A DNA stretch of 64,000 nucleotides, taken from NCBI RefSeq assembly GCF_018977255.1, contig NW_024704743.1, positions 111,974,001 through 112,038,000 on the forward strand. Reading direction: 5' to 3'. The notes beneath the pieces are model-generated. The model was given only the letters and a program-made list of their open reading frames with translations, was not told the origin of the DNA and made no database searches. Made by a program: the position numbers and the translations under genes. Positions 1 to 11,489 of the stretch are shown piece by piece. The stretch is from Callorhinchus milii. Taxonomy: Eukaryota. Position 1 is the stretch's first letter; each line of letters starts with the position of its first letter.

Positions 1-45
1 TCACGTCGGGAGGACGTCCCAAGGCGCTGGACAGTTGGGCCGACT
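1..45 (-). mobile_element. L2 LINE 3' end fragment, cut by the window edge
   Basis: Reverse complement reads cagcgccttgggacgtcctcccgacgtga, identical to the L2 tail at 39911-39939. Confidence 0.7.
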
Positions 46-344
46 GCAGGGAACCTGTCAAATGGTATCTCCAATGGAATTGACATTTGAACTTATTAAA
101 TCACCTTGTGGTGTTGTATGAGAATCATTTTAATTATGTAATGGCGTTGTCTGTATATAATGATTTATATCCTCAGTCAAACAAAAACCAATGACAGGTC
201 CTGGCAATCTAACTCCAACAATCTGAGCAACGCTAAATGGCTCTGTACAGAGGCCACCTCTTTGGGTCGAGGTAAAATTGTTCTTAGTGTGATTTTGAGT
301 GTTTAAAGAGTCTGGTTATTGACGGGAGTTACGTGCTTTGTTTA

Positions 345-560
345 TAATAATAATCCTGGCATTTGACATAGTGCCTTTCACGTCGGGCGAATGTCTTAAA
401 TCACTGTGCAGGATTCACTATAAAGTTTAGTAACTGTGTTTTGTAGGCAAACCAATTTGGGCATAGCAATGGCCAGGACACTGGGAGAATCTCCCTTCCG
501 TTTTCCAATATTGCTGTGGGAAATGAAATGTCCACCTGAACTTGAAAAGGTGGTTTATAT
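345..560 (-). mobile_element. Degraded DeuSINE-like fragment
   Basis: (TTA)n tail, gcatttgacatagtgcctttcacgtc and ggccaggacactgggagaa motifs shared with the full copies at 16194 and 50399. Confidence 0.65.
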
Positions 561-674
561 AAACTAATACATCATGGCCAGGTCCACAAATGAAAAACAT
601 ATGTGCATCTCTGATTATGTCACCCAATCCCCAAATAACAAGAGAGGTTTGGATAAAGAAGGTTCTTTAGCCCT

Positions 675-865
675 TAGAACCACAGAAATTTACAGCACTG
701 AAGAATAAGGCCATTCATCCCTTCATGTCTGTGCTGGCTCTTTTAAGAACAATCCTTTCAGTCCCATTTACCTGCCCCTTCCCATTACCCATGTAGCTTA
801 TCTTTTTTTAGATATTTGTCCGGTCCCCTTTTGAAACCTTAGCTGGATTCTGCCTCAACCATCGG
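675..865 (-). mobile_element. CR1 LINE 3' end, degraded
   Basis: agaaatttacagcac...ggccattc..ccc..tctgtgctggctc resembles the CR1 3' end at 59340. Confidence 0.55.
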
Positions 866-1681
866 TAAACAAAGAAACAAATGAACAGCACATTTGATAT
901 AATCCTTCCATCATCAAGCTGTTTGCCAAAAGAGTCCATCGTCCTGGCTTCAGCCACTCTTCCTGGCAGCCTGTTCCAGTCTTTCCTTGTTGAACAGCCA
1001 AGTATTGTACGTTATTTTATTATGGGTGTTACAGAAAATGGGCACTTGGAGTAATCACACTACAAGAAGTGTTGTTGCCAAAATAACCATTCTGTTAGTA
1101 ATTGTAAACAGATGTCCTCTGCTGCATGTTCCCCACCCGATCTGACCCACCATCAGAGGGTGAGTTTTCAGCTATTCTGCCACCCCCCACCCCTCACTCC
1201 CAGTTACTGGTACTGCATCCAAGAGGTCCTTTACCTTGCTGTTGTCTCCCCACATTTAAAGCCCACCTTAAGGTCTATCTTTCACAAGCACTTTGAGATG
1301 TCCTCCTGATGTGGAAGGTGCTTTGTAAATGTATATTGCTATTGAAATGTGAATGGAGATGGGAGAATTCCTGCTAATAATTTTTAAAACAGATTTATTA
1401 TTCACAATATAAATGATCACAAATGTGTAAGGAAGAAAGATGTGATAAAACAATGTCTGCTATGGGGTATCTGCCACGTTCCATAATTATATGTTATGCA
1501 GCATTACAGCAAACACAAGAGGCTCAGCTGGGAGAGGGAAGAGGTTAATTAGTAGGGGGTAGGTCACTAGGGTCTATTCCACGCTGGAGGCCTTCTGGCC
1601 CGTTGAACATACAATGCTTAAAAAATAAGTAACTGGAATAACAAGATCCCACATTGACATGAGAGTGTATCTTAACAGTTA

Positions 1682-2049
1682 ATAATATTAATCCTTTTAT
1701 TGAATACTGTACGTCTCAAAGCGCTTTCCACAATTTACTGCAATATCCCACAAAATGCCACAAACTCAATAAACAATTCTATCTGGGGAATTGTTAGCCA
1801 GGACACTGGGAGAAACTGCCTTCACTTTTTGAGTAGTTCTATAGGATCTTTAATGTCTTCCTAAACAGGCAAACGGGACTTTGGTTTAAGGTCTCGTCTG
1901 AAGAGATGACACCTCTGACAATGCAATGCTTCCCCAGCACTGTGTTCGAGTGTCATTCGAGAATACGTGAGCTCCAAGTCCTGACGTGGAGCTTGGATCC
2001 ACACATTCTAAGTGAGTGGCAAGAATGCAACCAACTGAGCCAGGCCGAC
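1682..2049 (-). mobile_element. DeuSINE-like SINE, near full length
   Basis: tRNA-like head (caactgagccaggccgac on the + strand) and central domain aggatctttaatgtc..aaacaggcaaacgggac..tctgacaatgc. Confidence 0.75.
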
Positions 2050-2183
2050 CTACAGAAGTCCCACTACTCTGTGTTCACCATAGAGAAGTGGGGTGAGAGG
2101 AAAGATTAATCAGCTAAAGCTCTATTTATTGGAAAAAGTCTTTTTGAAGCCCAAGTTCTCTGACACTAATATAATGTAACAGA

Positions 2184-2458
2184 TAATAATTCTTGCATTT
2201 GAAATAGCGCCTTATCGCATCTTCAAGATGTCTCAAAGCGCTTCACAGAACTGTGTATTTTATGGAAGAAATGCGGAAGCCAATTGCGCACAGTAGTATC
2301 CCACACACAGTCGTAGATTCAGTGATCAAATAATTATTTATTTATTGCATTTTTTTGAAGGGATTATTACCCCCTGGAGAAGCAATCTGCCAATCGACTA
2401 ACAACCAGATTCCTACTTACTGCTCGGTGAATAGAGGTGTGTGGAGTAAGGAAACTTA
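2184..2458 (-). mobile_element. tRNA-Ala-type SINE, long variant, 5'-truncated
   Basis: 3' part matches the 47186 SINE and carries an extra ~65-bp internal segment before gtgtggagtaaggaaactt. Confidence 0.75.
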
Positions 2459-2469
2459 ATCACATTGAA

Positions 2470-3250
2470 GTCCTAACAGCATTCATGGAAATACAAAGCT
2501 GGGTTTGTCTGTGGATACCATTTAATGAATAGAATTACGAAGCCAATGGACAATGTCATGAGGTATCAACAGCACCCTTCCCAGCCAGCACCAAACATTA
2601 ATATACATGTACATAACAACCTGAACCGAGCAACACTGATGGAGGAGATGAACACCAAGCTTTAATGAACACTATAAATTTATATAGTTGATTTCACATT
2701 TGCGGAACTCACATTTGTCAGTACTTGACAAATATAGAGGTGGGCCCAAAGCAGGGAAATAAGACATATAAGATACATTGGTCAAAGCACAGTCAAGATG
2801 TTTTATGATGTTTTTGCAGGCAGACAGAAAATTAACAACTTTAAAACATCAAGGTTGGTGATTTTTCCACATCTACATTTTCCATTCATTTCTGAGATTC
2901 TTGGCATACTATCAAAGAATATTTCCTAGAAAACAAGAGGATTTTGTTTTTGACTGAAGCTTCCAGGAGGCGATCCTTTGAAAAAGACAAGTACCAAGCC
3001 AAAGGCCAAATCCCTCGAGTTGGAGAGATCAAAACAATGGTGGTTTTAAAAAGTAGCCACATAGCTTTAAATATTAACTTTTCAGATGTCTTCCATGTGC
3101 CTTGACCTGAAACTAGTTCAGGAGATGGAAACTACTCTGGCTGAATGACTGCAATCCTTCAACATGAGTGTCCCTGCTGAGTAGTTTGGGGAAGAATTGG
3201 GAAGATTCAAACTGTTCATTTAACTAGGCTTTTTTGAACATGGATGACTG
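2470..3250 (+). mobile_element. Very old RTE-like LINE ORF2 relic
   Basis: Heavily frameshifted remnants resemble the C-terminal RT region of RTE-clade LINEs; read by eye only. Confidence 0.3.
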
Positions 3251-3854
3251 ATCTTAATGGATTTAGCTACATGGAGAATATAATTCATCTCACCGATTTA
3301 GTATAATTTAGATCAAGGAATAAAACACTAGACATATTTGCTCTGTGACAAATAGGTTCCATTTATGGAGAGCAAAAACAGGACAATGATGTGACAATTT
3401 CCTTTTTCATACTGTATTGAATAAAGCATATCTGGACATTAAGACACTGCTGATGAGAATTGGCTTCTTTTTGCCAATTCAACTTTAAACTCAATAAAAC
3501 TGTATGTGACGATCCAATCCCGATCTGGTTGGCATTTACCTCCTCTATTAATGCTCTGGGGAACTATATTTATATAACTTGTACTTATTCAAGTTGTTAT
3601 TCTATTATCGCCCATGTTGGTTGGTCGGATTATTGTACAGTACTCTCTATTTGACATGATGGGCTGAATGGCATTCTTCTGTGCTGTAAATTTATATTTG
3701 GGACAGTTTATTATTGGGACTCTTGTGACAATGACTTTTTACCGCTAGTCATGAGTGGGATCCTCATCTTCATGATTACTTCACGGATGCTTTATGCTGA
3801 CGGAGTGTGCCAGGCACATCCACCTTTAGGTATTTGATACAGTGGAGTCATCTT

Positions 3855-4680
3855 TTCTAATCCCGTTTCCCTGTTCTTTTCCCACATCCTTTCATATCTT
3901 CATTCTTAAAGTGTTTGTCCAATTTCCTTTTAAATTATGTAATTTGCTCACCTTAAATAGACACTTATGATAATGCACTCCATATCCTTAGAAACCTTTG
4001 TATAAAACAAATTCTTCTTTCTGCTTTCCAGTAATAATCTTGAGTCTATGCCGCCTTGTTGCTGGTTCACCAGCCTATGGAAATAATCTTTCACGGTCCT
4101 CTCAAGTCCTTTCATAATTCTGAATGCTTACAGTGAAACAGAGGAATTTCAACACAGAAATAGCCCATCTGACCCAATGTACTTGTGCTCTGCTCACTCT
4201 CTCCCAGAGCTTTTTTGATTCCAATCCTATTTCCCTTCCCTTCTCTTTCCCAACGACTCTTTAATATATTTAATCTCTGTTTGTTTTTCTAATTCTTTTT
4301 AAATATTATAATTGACTGAAATTTAGGAGTCAGCTTGTGCCAGCACATTCCTCACTCTAATAAAACTTTGTGCAAAAAAATCTTATAACCTTGTATTCAT
4401 ACCCCCTTGCCAATTCACCAGCCGTTGGATATAATATTTCAATATTTACCCTCTGAAGCACTCATATTAGATATCTTCTGAACTTTCTCTTCTCCAATGA
4501 ATGCCGTTGTAGTGTTTTAAAGCATTTTGATACAACTATATCCTACTATCCAGGGCACGATCCCAGTTTATCCTGCATCTTCTCTATGGTTTGGATATTT
4601 TGTTAATAGTAGGACATCAAAAATTACAAACAATACTCAAGCTGTGGCTTCACCATTGCCTTGTACAAATTCAACGTCAT
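3855..4680 (-). mobile_element. Degraded CR1 LINE fragments
   Basis: CR1-like 3' motifs repeated (cactccatatcc..ctttgtataaa; acaatactcaagctgtggcttcacca), suggesting at least two pieces. Confidence 0.5.
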
Positions 4681-4959
4681 AGTTTCAAATTGTATCCATG
4701 TCAAAAAGCCTGTTTGTGTGGAGTATTTGTGGGAAATGTTTTTAACTACTTGTTGTCTTTCTGAAGGTTTTAAACTCTTCAAGTCTCCCTTTCATCAAAT
4801 CCATCCAATGTACCTTTGATATATTGAGGACTCTGATAGTTCAGGTGTAATCTGGTTCCTTAGTTTATACTCTGTATGAAGCTTCCTGTTTCAGAGATGT
4901 ACTTCAATATTTAAATATGCACAATGGCTTGATCGCAGGGTAGAATACTTGGAGGGGCA

Positions 4960-5330
4960 GACTGGTCACTGAGGATAGGGATTCTTTTCGTTCAGCTCCT
5001 TTTATCCCTGTAAGCCAAAGCCCTAACAGGTAGGGTGGTCCTGGCTGGATATGCAGTGGGAAGCTTTCAATGCCAGGCTATGTGGTTTTAGCTGATTAAA
5101 TTCCAGTAACACGTCAATGCACACTCTTGGGTTCCGAAGCCTTGGCTATTGACAAATTGTGCCTAATGTTCTCTGGGAATGGATAAGCAGGATGTGTCTC
5201 TCCAGGAGAGAGTACGCATTCCATTAAAAAAACGTGGGAACGCTCAGTTTGGTGTGGTTACTCTTAAGCATGGTGATGGGCTTCTACACATGTCAGACAT
5301 TTGCTGGCTGACCGAAGAAATTTTTTTTGT
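4960..5330 (-). mobile_element. Old RTE-like LINE relic (ORF2 C-terminus)
   Basis: Frameshifted remnants resembling RTE C-terminal motifs (SWRD-like, LRW-like, GRP-like). Confidence 0.3.
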
Positions 5331-5393
5331 CTAAGAAAGGGCTTGGTCATCAGCCAGGGGAATTTGTTAAAATAGTACTGGAAAGGACTATTA

Positions 5394-5501
5394 GGGAGAA
5401 ATTCTATCTGGGTCTAGATTTACTCTATTTATGTAACATTTTAGTGTGGCAGATTCTTAAATATGGCCTTAATTTTGATGTAGATTGCTGTAAATTACCC
5501 C
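5394..5501. mobile_element. Short MITE-like element
   Basis: Starts gggagaaatt and ends aaattacccc; the first ~65 bp match the reverse complement of 45111-45175 at roughly 80%. Confidence 0.5.
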
Positions 5502-5954
5502 AGATGGCTTTTTAATTGACTCTTCCATTCAAAAAACAAACAGGGAACTGGTAACGGATGATAGACTTGTGTGCTGACCGACCGTACTGTACATTCACCT
5601 AACGGATCATTTTCAGACAACCTGCTCAATAGGAGAATGGAAGGCTTACAATGAGACCTACATCTTTGGATCAACTGCTGAAGCTGATACTCCAAACATA
5701 TACAGTTGGACAAACCCAACATTCTCAGAAAAACAGAAGTGGTATCAAATTGATCCTACGCTCTGCATGTTTCTGAAATGGATAAACAGCAAGCTGTTGA
5801 GAACAATGCATCAATCACCCTATGAATGTAGGTGGACATTGTGCCAAAGTCAAAAAACAAGGCACCTCCTGTTGTCTAAAATATCCAAAATAGTCAGAAG
5901 ACTAATGACTATCCCCACTCGACTTTTCAAACCGATCTCCCCAGCTCCACCAAG

Positions 5955-6432
5955 TACAAGATCCAGCTGATCCAAAACTCCCCCGCCTGCATACTCACCC
6001 TGGACTGAATGCTGTACCCCCATCACACCAGTTCTAGCCAGGCTCCACTGGCTCCCTATCACCGAATTAATCAATTTTAAGATCCTCACAGTCGCTTTCA
6101 AATCTCTTCATGCCCTGGCACCTCCCTATCTCTCTGATCTACTTGCCCCCCCACCCCCCCAACCCACAACCCACTGCCTTCAATCGACTGGCTCTGGCCT
6201 TCTGCATATCCCTCATGCCCTCCGTTCCACCATTGACAGCCGCGTTCTAGCCACTAATCTTCGAAACTCTGGAACACTCTTCCTCTATCTTTCCGCCTTG
6301 CTCCTTCCTTCCCCATATTCAGGTCACAGACTTTTCTATTCGACCGTGCCTACGGTCATCTCCCCCTCCCACTGGTTTGGTGTTCTGCTTTGTCATTGCC
6401 AACTGTTGTTGTTGCTGTTGTTGTTGTTGTTG
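5955..6432 (+). mobile_element. L2 LINE 3' fragment
   Basis: Translates to QLIQNS...ITPVLARLHWLPITELINFKILTVAFKSLHALAPPYLSDLL, a typical L2 ORF2 C-terminus; ends in (TTG)n. Confidence 0.9.
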
Positions 6433-6639
6433 TTTCAAAGTCACAATAGAGTAGAAAGTCGCTTAAAGTGTCTTTAGATTGATTTCATCCATTGCACATT
6501 GCTCTAACATTGGAAAGTCTGAATTGCCAAACACACGGATCCTCTTACAGTCTGGAGTGGACAACTTCTCCCTTGTCCTTTGATCTCTTTTTTTCTACTT
6601 CTAATCTGTCAGCATTGCTGTTGCAGGTGGCATCACAAA

Positions 6640-6810
6640 TTACATAGAATTACATGGAACATTACAGGATATAAACAGGCCATTTGTCCCAACTAATTTG
6701 TACCTGTGCTTAAAGTTGACGTGAGTCTTCACCCCTCCTAATACCTTCTCCCCCTTACCTCTCTTTTCCCTTCTCCCTCATGTATGCATACTTTCTTCAA
6801 ACATCAATGT
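6640..6810 (-). mobile_element. CR1 3' end
   Basis: tacatagaattacatggaac is the reverse of the CR1 ATTCTRT-type terminal repeat; aligns with 59340. Confidence 0.7.
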
Positions 6811-7029
6811 AAAATTTGTTGGTGTTTCTAAAGCACTGTATGTCCAAATGTGAATTACAGGGCTGTGGAGTACATCATTGTGAAGTTCTGAACATGTAGT
6901 GGAAATTTAGGAATGAGTCAATGCTGGAGCCAGTTACTCTAACACCATTCACCTATTCATTCCCAGTATTGTTTAACAGAAATGTATACATAATAAAACG
7001 TTTTGGTCCACAGAAACATCACATCGTAA

Positions 7030-7110
7030 GCGCTGTGAAGCGCTCCGAGATGCTATACCGTGTGAAAGGCACTATATAAAATGCAAGTTGTTGCTGTTGT
7101 TGTTGTTGTA
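7030..7110 (+). mobile_element. L2 tail, second subtype (also 7745-7805)
   Basis: aagcgctccgagatgctataccgtgtgaaaggcactatataaaatgcaag(ttg)n matches the tail of the L2 at 30327-30765. Confidence 0.65.
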
Positions 7111-7129
7111 TTGAACTTGGCAAGATGCT

Positions 7130-7335
7130 GCTCTGTATTGCACTGTCCTATTTGGCTTCTACCCATATTAATTGTGTCTATTGAGTAAGCTGCCCCCTTG
7201 AATAGGATGTCATTATTAATTTTAGCTGTTCTCGTGTGGTGAATGTTTGCTGATTTATGGACACCTGCCCAAATGGACCTCAGACACAAACTGTCAGAAT
7301 CAATTCACATCCTTCATCTGTCAGCTTGAGATGCA
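7130..7335. promoter_or_regulatory. Candidate enhancer (PBX-HOX plus MEIS motifs)
   Basis: TGATTTATGG at 7251-7260; CTGTCA at 7291 and 7318. Confidence 0.3.
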
Positions 7336-9107
7336 TCTAACAACTGAAAATATACATGGAGTCAAGAGTATGGCAGAAAGAGAATCAGATGATCCCATAA
7401 GTATGTTTCACAAAACAAGATTGAAATACTTTTGGAATTATTTGAATTTAGCTATATACATGTTTTCTTCAGGTTTAAACCTTCATATTTATACAAGGCC
7501 GCAAAGGATTTAAGTGTGGGTTTATCTGAAACCAGACAGACTGAGACATGGAAACCATTGCATTTCCTCAGTGTAATGAGCCTGGAGGAAGTTGGCGGGT
7601 CATCTCCCCTACTGCAAACTTTCAAATACCCACCAAATGCACCATCTTTATTCTGTTAATAACAAGCTATAAAACAGAAACAAAATCCTTTGTGATCAAC
7701 TATAGAGAATAATACTCCACTTTTAATGCAGGCACACTTGAGTTTTAAGCACTCTGAGATGCTACCCTGTGTGGAGGGTGCTATATAAGTGCAAATTGTT
7801 GTTGTAATAATATTATTAATCATGGCATTTAATATTGCGCCTTTCAGGTTGTAAGGGTGGCTCATAACTTTTCATAGGATTTAATGTAAAGTCTGGTGAC
7901 TGTGTTTTGTCTGTAAATGCAAAGATTATTATTCCTTGCAGTTCATAACAGAAGAATTTTACAGTTTGCTACTAACAGAACAATAACAGGAGAATTGGTG
8001 AGGCTTGAACGAGAGAGAATTGGAGGGGTGGGGTATTAACATAGTACAGTCTAGTTTGGGGCAAATGGCCCATTTCTGTGCTATAATGTTCTCCATGGTT
8101 ATTTGTGATTCCATGTAACAGTTTTCTGTTCAATTTATAAAACTGAAGTATTTTCACTGATTTGGATTTATTCATCAAAACGTTTAAATTGACAGAAACA
8201 TTAATAATCAACCAACCAATGGTTGAGCCTTTCGATGGGTAAAACAGTGGACCTAATGCAGAAACCAAGTACCAACTTGTAATTGGAAAGGAGTTAAGAT
8301 TGTAAGTGTTAAATCCTGTCGGTAATTGTGTGTGCATCACACCAACCTATGGGAACTCCACTCCAGCACAATCCACTGCCAGGCATGTCAGAGCAGAGTT
8401 AAGACAGGTCAATGTATGTACACCTGATTACCTGCAGGATTCGATGTGTAGGATCCATTGCAAATCCACATTGAGAATCCTAACGTTTAGACCACGACGC
8501 AGGAATACAGATGCCTTCAATCTGTATGTTGGAATGCTTCTTTATAGAATAATAAAACAAACAAGTGGAGATTTAGTCTTCATCTTATTAACTGGGCAGA
8601 TGTCATATGTATTGCTTGAAATGTCTAATCTAAACAAGCTGTTTCTTGTTCAGCCTGAGGTCTGAATGCTACTGTGCGATATGTTGAAAGCTCAGTCATG
8701 AAGGGCTACCTTTTCATGTTGATTTAATGCACCTGAATAAAAAGCAATTCATTGTTTAAATAATTAACCCGATATTTGATTGCAAAAAAAACCTTGTAAA
8801 TCAAAGCGCTATCATTTATAATGGGTACCACTGCCTGCCCCTCTAACAGAGGCATATTTGAGGAATGTGACTTGAAATTGGCTTTGAATTCAATAAAAAG
8901 TGCAAACACAATAAACAAGTGAATAAATAGAGTATTGTAAAGCAAACACCAATGAATATCTTGTAAACCAAATCCATAATGGTAACAATTGTATATACCT
9001 TTCTCAGGAACCCACTCCCATTAAAAATAATTACTACAGATATGGCTGCAGATCATATCTTCCCTGTACGAATCTTATTTCTTTAATATTCCTGTGGTGC
9101 TGAGTTT

Positions 9108-9222
9108 GTTAAACAGGCATTTAATGAGCATTCATGCGGCCTCCTGCCTGAAGGCTCATTGAAATGACCACTGTCTGTGGTGACCTAATCTCTGTTAAGG
9201 ACAGACAAGTTGCTTGTTTAAC
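9108..9222 (+). other. Predicted three-way-junction RNA or cruciform structure
   Basis: Three mutually compatible stems read by eye (see findings). Confidence 0.45.
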
Positions 9223-9599
9223 GACATCAAAATAATTGTCTTAATGCTCGGCTGTTTTGAGAGAAAATGAACATAGTTTTATGATACTCAAATTCCAAAT
9301 AAGGACAAATCAAAGCGTGGAATTTTGGTAGCTGTATTCGTGCACAATTAATATACGCAGACAAAATATCATGCTTCTCTCCAAAAAGCCCATTTGCAAA
9401 TAAAGGAGCAGTCATTCATGTTAACGTTCTTGGAATGACTTAACTTGGGACTGGATTTATTGTTATAACATAGTTTCAAGATGGTAGAGCTGGAGGAGGT
9501 GTGGGAAAGTTCTTTCTGCCAATTATTCTAAAAACAATTAACAGAAAATACCTTGCAGTTCAAAGTGGGATAGTTTTGGAGCTCAATCACAATATAATA

Positions 9600-9745
9600 C
9601 TAAAATAATCCTTGCATTTGATATAGCACTTTTCATGTCCTCTAAACGTCTCAAAGGGCTTCACAGAATATACTGTAAAGTGAATTGACTGTATATTTCC
9701 GGGCGAAACACAGCAGCCAGTTACACACAGCAGTGTCCCAATATC
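9600..9745 (-). mobile_element. SINE 3' fragment
   Basis: atccttgcatttgatatagcacttttcatgtc...cagaatatactgtaaagtgaattgactgtat as in the 27642 copy. Confidence 0.8.
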
Positions 9746-9827
9746 AGTAATGACTAACACTTAAATCTAGATTCAGGCAGGATTGCACATTTGATCATCT
9801 ACATTCATTGATATGATTAGTTGCCTG

Positions 9828-10829
9828 CTGATCACTTGGAGAAATTAGGCAAACCTACAAAAGATTTTTCTTTTAAGTCAAGAAAGGCTTGAAATTCCTC
9901 TGGTGGCTAATTTTAGTGAAAACCAATATGGGGGTAAACAGGAGTGGAATGTTGGGAGAATCTGCTAAAAGAATTATCATCCAATATTTAGTGCAACTCT
10001 CAGCATTCCTATCTCTTGGAAGAGAGAGGTGAAATCTTTAATGGAAAGGGACATAAAAAAACAGTGACGTGTCAAGGTCTTGTTAAAGAAAGAAGTCTTG
10101 CAACATTGCACAAATGAGAAGGCACATGGAGAAGCAAGTATTTATCTCCGTGTCAGACCCAGAGTTAACAAGGCTAATGAAGGAGATGGATTTGAAGAAT
10201 AACAGTTCAACTCAACAGGGTTTCTACTGAGATCAGCGGCTGGGCTGGGGAATCTCACTACCGTCTTGAAGGTAGCCAAGATTCCCCTGTCCATCCCTAA
10301 AAGATGGGCTTCATCTGAAAAACAGTTTTTAACTGTGGCAATTCATACCCCATTTGAATCAAATGAATAATGTCTGCACCTTATGTATGTATGTGTGCAT
10401 GTGTACGTGTATATGTATGTATGTGTAATTAGGGGTGTTAATTGTCATTGAAAATCCACCCCTTTTGATAACTGAAGGTATTACCTGGTCCACTGGTATA
10501 ACTATTTCCCCTTCCCCTGACACTATCACAATTTTATGGAAGGAGACTTTGGAGTAATGAGAGGATTGGATAGACGAAGAAGAAGGCTCTTCAGCCCATC
10601 CACTCTCAGCCTTGCAGAACAACCACCCAAGATCACACAATTGGTTCCAGTGCTGACCAGTGGGATGCTGCTTTTGCTGTTTTATAAGTAACACAGTATC
10701 AATCGTCAATGCCACAAGCTGATTACCGGCAAGTCCGATATATTAAATTAGGCACCAGAGGAATGTCAGCCTTTAATGGCTTAATGGAAAAACCTTTTGT
10801 AGGTTTGCCTAATTTCTCCAAGTGATCAG
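9828..10829. repeat. 1002-bp segment flanked by 43-bp inverted repeats (42/43 identical)
   Basis: 9828-9870 ctgatcacttggagaaattaggcaaacctacaaaagatttttc versus the reverse complement of 10787-10829. Confidence 0.9.
10382..10426. repeat. Imperfect (TATG)/(TG) microsatellite
   Basis: tatgtatgtatgtgtgcatgtgtacgtgtatatgtatgtatgtgt. Confidence 0.8.
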
Positions 10830-11489
10830 TGCGTGGGGGCAGATGAGGGTGGGATGAGGGTGGTTATACCTGCCAACTAACAGTTCAATGCCTTGAGCTG
10901 ATAGTTGGCAAGTCTGATATACACTTCAGCATGTTTGCGTATGTCTGTGGGGATTGGTTGGTGGAGTGGGGTTATGCCTGCAAATCAATCTATTTCTTAT
11001 TGACTATGCAGAATTTTTAACAATATGTTGAAAAACATATCCCAGGTCGTAATTTTCACCCTGTTATTTCCTTTGTGGTTGTACATGTTTCAGAAATCAT
11101 ACGGTTATCACCACAGAGAAAAATGAGATTCCTCGGCATTCCGAGATTTACTGTTAACCACTTAATTAAGCTAAAACAACAACAGCAATAAACCTAGCCC
11201 ATCTTTTGACTGTCCAGCTTGCAAAAATAAAATGTGACAAGCCGTTTGAATATGACTAGTTTAAAAATCCAAACGGAAACAGGGAATAAACCAGATCAAA
11301 AAGGTCTCATCGTTTGGTTATCAGGATTTGTTGTGTTCCTAGTTAATTTCAAAACGGTACCACCTGATCACAAAGCTTTACAGTTGCACACAGTCAAGAC
11401 CAGAAAAAGATTGATGACTGCGATTGTAAGATTTATCCTGCACTGCTTACAATAAGAGTTCCGAGATGAATCCCGCTTGGTCCTATCAC

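Noticed and set aside
3450..3485. Hammerhead ribozyme-like ctgatga followed by an 8-bp stem
   Set aside because: The required GAAA after stem II is absent (aact) and I find no stems I/III.
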